Source: a phage. From it: 38,485 nt of DNA. The stretch lies in NCBI GenBank assembly GCA_016969615.1, contig GCA_016969615.1_4548.1; one strand, given 5' to 3'. The notes beneath the pieces are model-generated. The model saw only the letters and a list, made by a program, of their open reading frames with translations, was not told the origin of the DNA and searched no databases. This document shows, one piece after another, positions 36,477-38,485 of the stretch (positions within the stretch are counted from its first letter, which is position 1; each line of letters opens with the position of its first letter). Both the position numbers and the translations under genes were made by a program.

Positions 36477-36921
36477 TGTCTTTCTCCTTGTCTTGTTGAA
36501 GTCTGCGAATAGTATCCTGTAGTGCTTTAATCCAAGCGTCCCCTTTCAGTCCGATGGAGATAAGACGTTTAGCATCTCGTTCGTCAAGTTCGGCGTAACC
36601 ATCAATGACGCATCGACCGTCACTTTGCGTGGTTCCACTCGTTGGTTTGACTCGGATGCGCAACCGCTTATTGTCAGACTGAAGGTCAGCAATAATCCTA
36701 TCAGTGCTACCTTCCAGCGAGGACATTTCGTCCTGAAACCGTTTGGACACTTTGTTGACTTCAGCTTGGACAGCAAGCCTTGTATCCTCCGATGCCTTAA
36801 GATTCGAGGTGTATTCTGCATTGACCTTAGCCTCCCACTTATTGTTAGCGGTGTGGTAGCCCCCAGCAAACATCACTGCTGCGAGTAACCACGGAGCCGC
36901 TCTCTTTAAAAATTCGAGCAT
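36469..36921 (-). CDS. gp18.5: i-spanin (Rz-like)
   Basis: 150 aa; N-terminal TM helix; STDRIIADLQSDNKRLRIRVK and RDAKRLI...KGDAWIKALQDTIR match T7 gp18.5. Confidence 0.85.
   Translation of the reverse strand: MLEFLKRAAPWLLAAVMFAGGYHTANNKWEAKVNAEYTSNLKASEDTRLAVQAEVNKVSKRFQDEMSSLEGSTDRIIADLQSDNKRLRIRVKPTSGTTQSDGRCVIDGYAELDERDAKRLISIGLKGDAWIKALQDTIRRLQQDKEKDNG
36546..36821 (-). CDS. gp18.7: o-spanin (Rz1-like) embedded in the gp18.5 gene in another frame
   Basis: signal peptide plus lipobox (LTISGC); RWKVALIGLLL...SGCASES...MV.PNLTNEMLNV matches T7 gp18.7; start assigned at ATG 36821. Confidence 0.7.
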   Translation of the reverse strand: MQNTPRILRHRRIQGLLSKLKSTKCPNGFRTKCPRWKVALIGLLLTFSLTISGCASESNQRVEPRKVTVDASLMVTPNLTNEMLNVLSPSD

Positions 36922-36980
36922 AGGTGTACTCCCGGTTTATCAGATTTCACGTAGAGTCTCCTCCACTAGTTAGTGTTAAC

Positions 36981-37020
36981 CATAAAGGCCACTACATACA
37001 GTAATGACCTTGAGTCTAAC
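36981..37020 (-). promoter_or_regulatory. Conserved leader element (R18.5-like RNase III hairpin candidate) between genes 18 and 18.5
   Basis: minus TAGACTCAAGGTCATT-loop-AGTGGCCTTTA; same stem as 20299..20335 with a different loop. Confidence 0.5.
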
Positions 37021-37031
37021 ACTTAAGAGAT

Positions 37032-37295
37032 TTACTGCACTCCATATCCAGTGTCATTATCTTCCGTAGCGGAGAGCACCTTATCGTACTCTGCGTTCAG
37101 GGCCTCCATATCAGCGAGCGTCTTCTCGTCAACAGACACCTTGCTTAGCACGAAGTTGTGACGAGCCAGTAGCTTCTCAATGGCGTTGTAAAGCTGAGGT
37201 GAACGCTTAGAGTCATCCCGCAGGTCTTGCAGCATGAGTCGAGCACGTTCAGTATCTAGCATTAAGAGGAACTTCTCTAAGTCCATCTGCGTCAT
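37032..37295 (-). CDS. gp18: Terminase small subunit (DNA maturase A)
   Basis: 87 aa; L.MLDT..A..ML.DL.D...RSPQLYNAI.KLL.RH.F matches T7 gp18; ATGA overlap with holin stop. Confidence 0.85.
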   Translation of the reverse strand: MTQMDLEKFLLMLDTERARLMLQDLRDDSKRSPQLYNAIEKLLARHNFVLSKVSVDEKTLADMEALNAEYDKVLSATEDNDTGYGVQ

Positions 37296-37486
37296 GTTTT
37301 ACCACCTCCTTTAATCGTTTTGTAGACTAGCACACCAATCTGGACAACGGTGTACGCGATAGCTGCAACGTAGAACCATTCGTTCAATGTAAGTCCGAAG
37401 AAGAACCGACTGGCACCATCAGCCGCAGCGGTCCCGACGATAGGAGAGGCTTTAAGGACCTCATTCTTGAAGTCTAACTCAATCAT
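37292..37486 (-). CDS. gp17.5: Holin (class II)
   Basis: 64 aa; LDF.NE..KA.PIVGT..AD.SAR.FFGL.LNEWFYVAAIAYTVVQIG matches T7 gp17.5. Confidence 0.9.
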   Translation of the reverse strand: MIELDFKNEVLKASPIVGTAAADGASRFFFGLTLNEWFYVAAIAYTVVQIGVLVYKTIKGGGKT

Positions 37487-37556
37487 AAAACCTCCAGTTT
37501 AAAGCGGGTCGTCCGTGACCCAAAGTTGTTACCATACGTTGGTCAGCGTGTAGTTA

Positions 37557-38485
37557 TCACTCAAACCAAGTTGATATTTTGTAAGTGATTGAACCGCGAA
37601 TGGTTGCTGATGATGTAAGATCTTCATTTGTCAATGGCGAGGTTGATGATCCATCTACTAGCTTGTAAAAATCTAATGTTGTTGAATTTCTTTCCATAGA
37701 TATACAAATCTGACCAACACCAGAGCTAACCCCACTTACCCTTGATATGGTCCCAGATGCCACATCGGACGATGCGTAAGGTAGATTTCTAAACCGTAAC
37801 TGTCCGGTTTGACCTCCCGCACCATTGAATGAAATATCAAATTCAAGGGTAATTAAACCACCTTCTTTTCTCAGTTTTACGTCTTTTGTGGCGCCACCTA
37901 TGTCAGATGTAATATCCCCGAAAGTTATCACCACAGAAGAGTCAAGAACCGAACTAAGGGAGAAGGGTTCAAACACGACAAGGTTAGTACTGCCTCCTTT
38001 GTAGATATAACTATTGGTAGGTGTGTTGTACCGCACTGTGTTACCCTCGCCACTACAAGCAACACGTGGGATTGTATTGCCGCCGAATGAGCCACCATTG
38101 AACACAATGTTATTCCCAGTACTATGTATCCAGAGGTCACGACTATATGAAGTGTCTTGACCGAACACTAAGAAATTATTGAAGGTGAGGTTGTTATCAC
38201 TATGCACAGATAACAGGTTACCTGTACCACCTGCCGGTAAGATATAAAAGTCTGTAAGTGTCATGTCATTACCTTGCTGAAAATGACCCAGGACTCCAAG
38301 GGCAGCATCCTGTGTAGTGGGTAACTCAGCACCACATCCTGTAAGATTAAAGCCGTTGTTATTATCAAACCAGTACGCGCCATACACTGTACCATCAGAC
38401 GCACAGCTTCTCATATTACCATACTGCTGGTTGCTAATTCTAAATGCACCAGGCGTTACTGTAGGGTCTGTAACCTTAGCAAATA
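37557..38485 (-). CDS. gp17: Tail fibre/tailspike C-terminal receptor-binding region (3' part only; ORF enters from beyond the window end)
   Basis: open frame from the window edge to TGA at 37557 (308 codons), then holin as in T7; visibly AT-richer than the rest (about 35-40% GC in sampled lines); no similarity to T7 gp17 C-terminus recognised. Confidence 0.7.
   Translation of the reverse strand, partial: FAKVTDPTVTPGAFRISNQQYGNMRSCASDGTVYGAYWFDNNNGFNLTGCGAELPTTQDAALGVLGHFQQGNDMTLTDFYILPAGGTGNLLSVHSDNNLTFNNFLVFGQDTSYSRDLWIHSTGNNIVFNGGSFGGNTIPRVACSGEGNTVRYNTPTNSYIYKGGSTNLVVFEPFSLSSVLDSSVVITFGDITSDIGGATKDVKLRKEGGLITLEFDISFNGAGGQTGQLRFRNLPYASSDVASGTISRVSGVSSGVGQICISMERNSTTLDFYKLVDGSSTSPLTNEDLTSSATIRGSITYKISTWFE

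Noticed and set aside
37487-37556. Short hairpin (GGGUC, 6-nt loop, GACCC) between the tail-fibre stop and the holin start
   Set aside because: Only 5 bp of stem and a weak U-tract; insufficient for a terminator call

Overview
The window is almost all of a T7-like podophage genome (Autographiviridae, T7/K1F-like), with every supportable gene on the minus strand. It is circularly permuted: the window starts and ends inside the tail-fibre gene 17, and the junction of the genome ends lies at about 32.9-33.8 kb. Gene order follows T7: early region with an Ocr homolog, RNA polymerase, ligase, gp2, SSB, endonuclease I, lysozyme, primase-helicase, DNA polymerase, exonuclease, portal, scaffold, capsid, tail tube, internal core proteins, tail fibre, holin, small terminase, spanins, large terminase. 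Eleven copies of one phage promoter core (minus strand 5'-CT[A/T]AACTATCACTATAGG-3', one weaker variant) precede the expected genes; T-phi-like and TE-like terminators and three host-type early promoters are present. Homology calls are from memory of T7 proteins; no database search or computation was run. The most interesting items are the genes with no counterpart in the T7 map: a 263-aa gene between the spanins and terminase, an unknown first early gene ahead of ocr, a three-gene cassette between gene 1 and the next phage promoter, an ASCH-like gene between genes 11 and 12, a frameshifted Endo VII-type HNH gene, and a recurring 11-nt leader motif. Whether any of these is truly undescribed cannot be decided from sequence alone. 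Coordinates of small ORFs and regulatory elements were derived by hand and starts are approximate where the ORF track begins at GTG/TTG.
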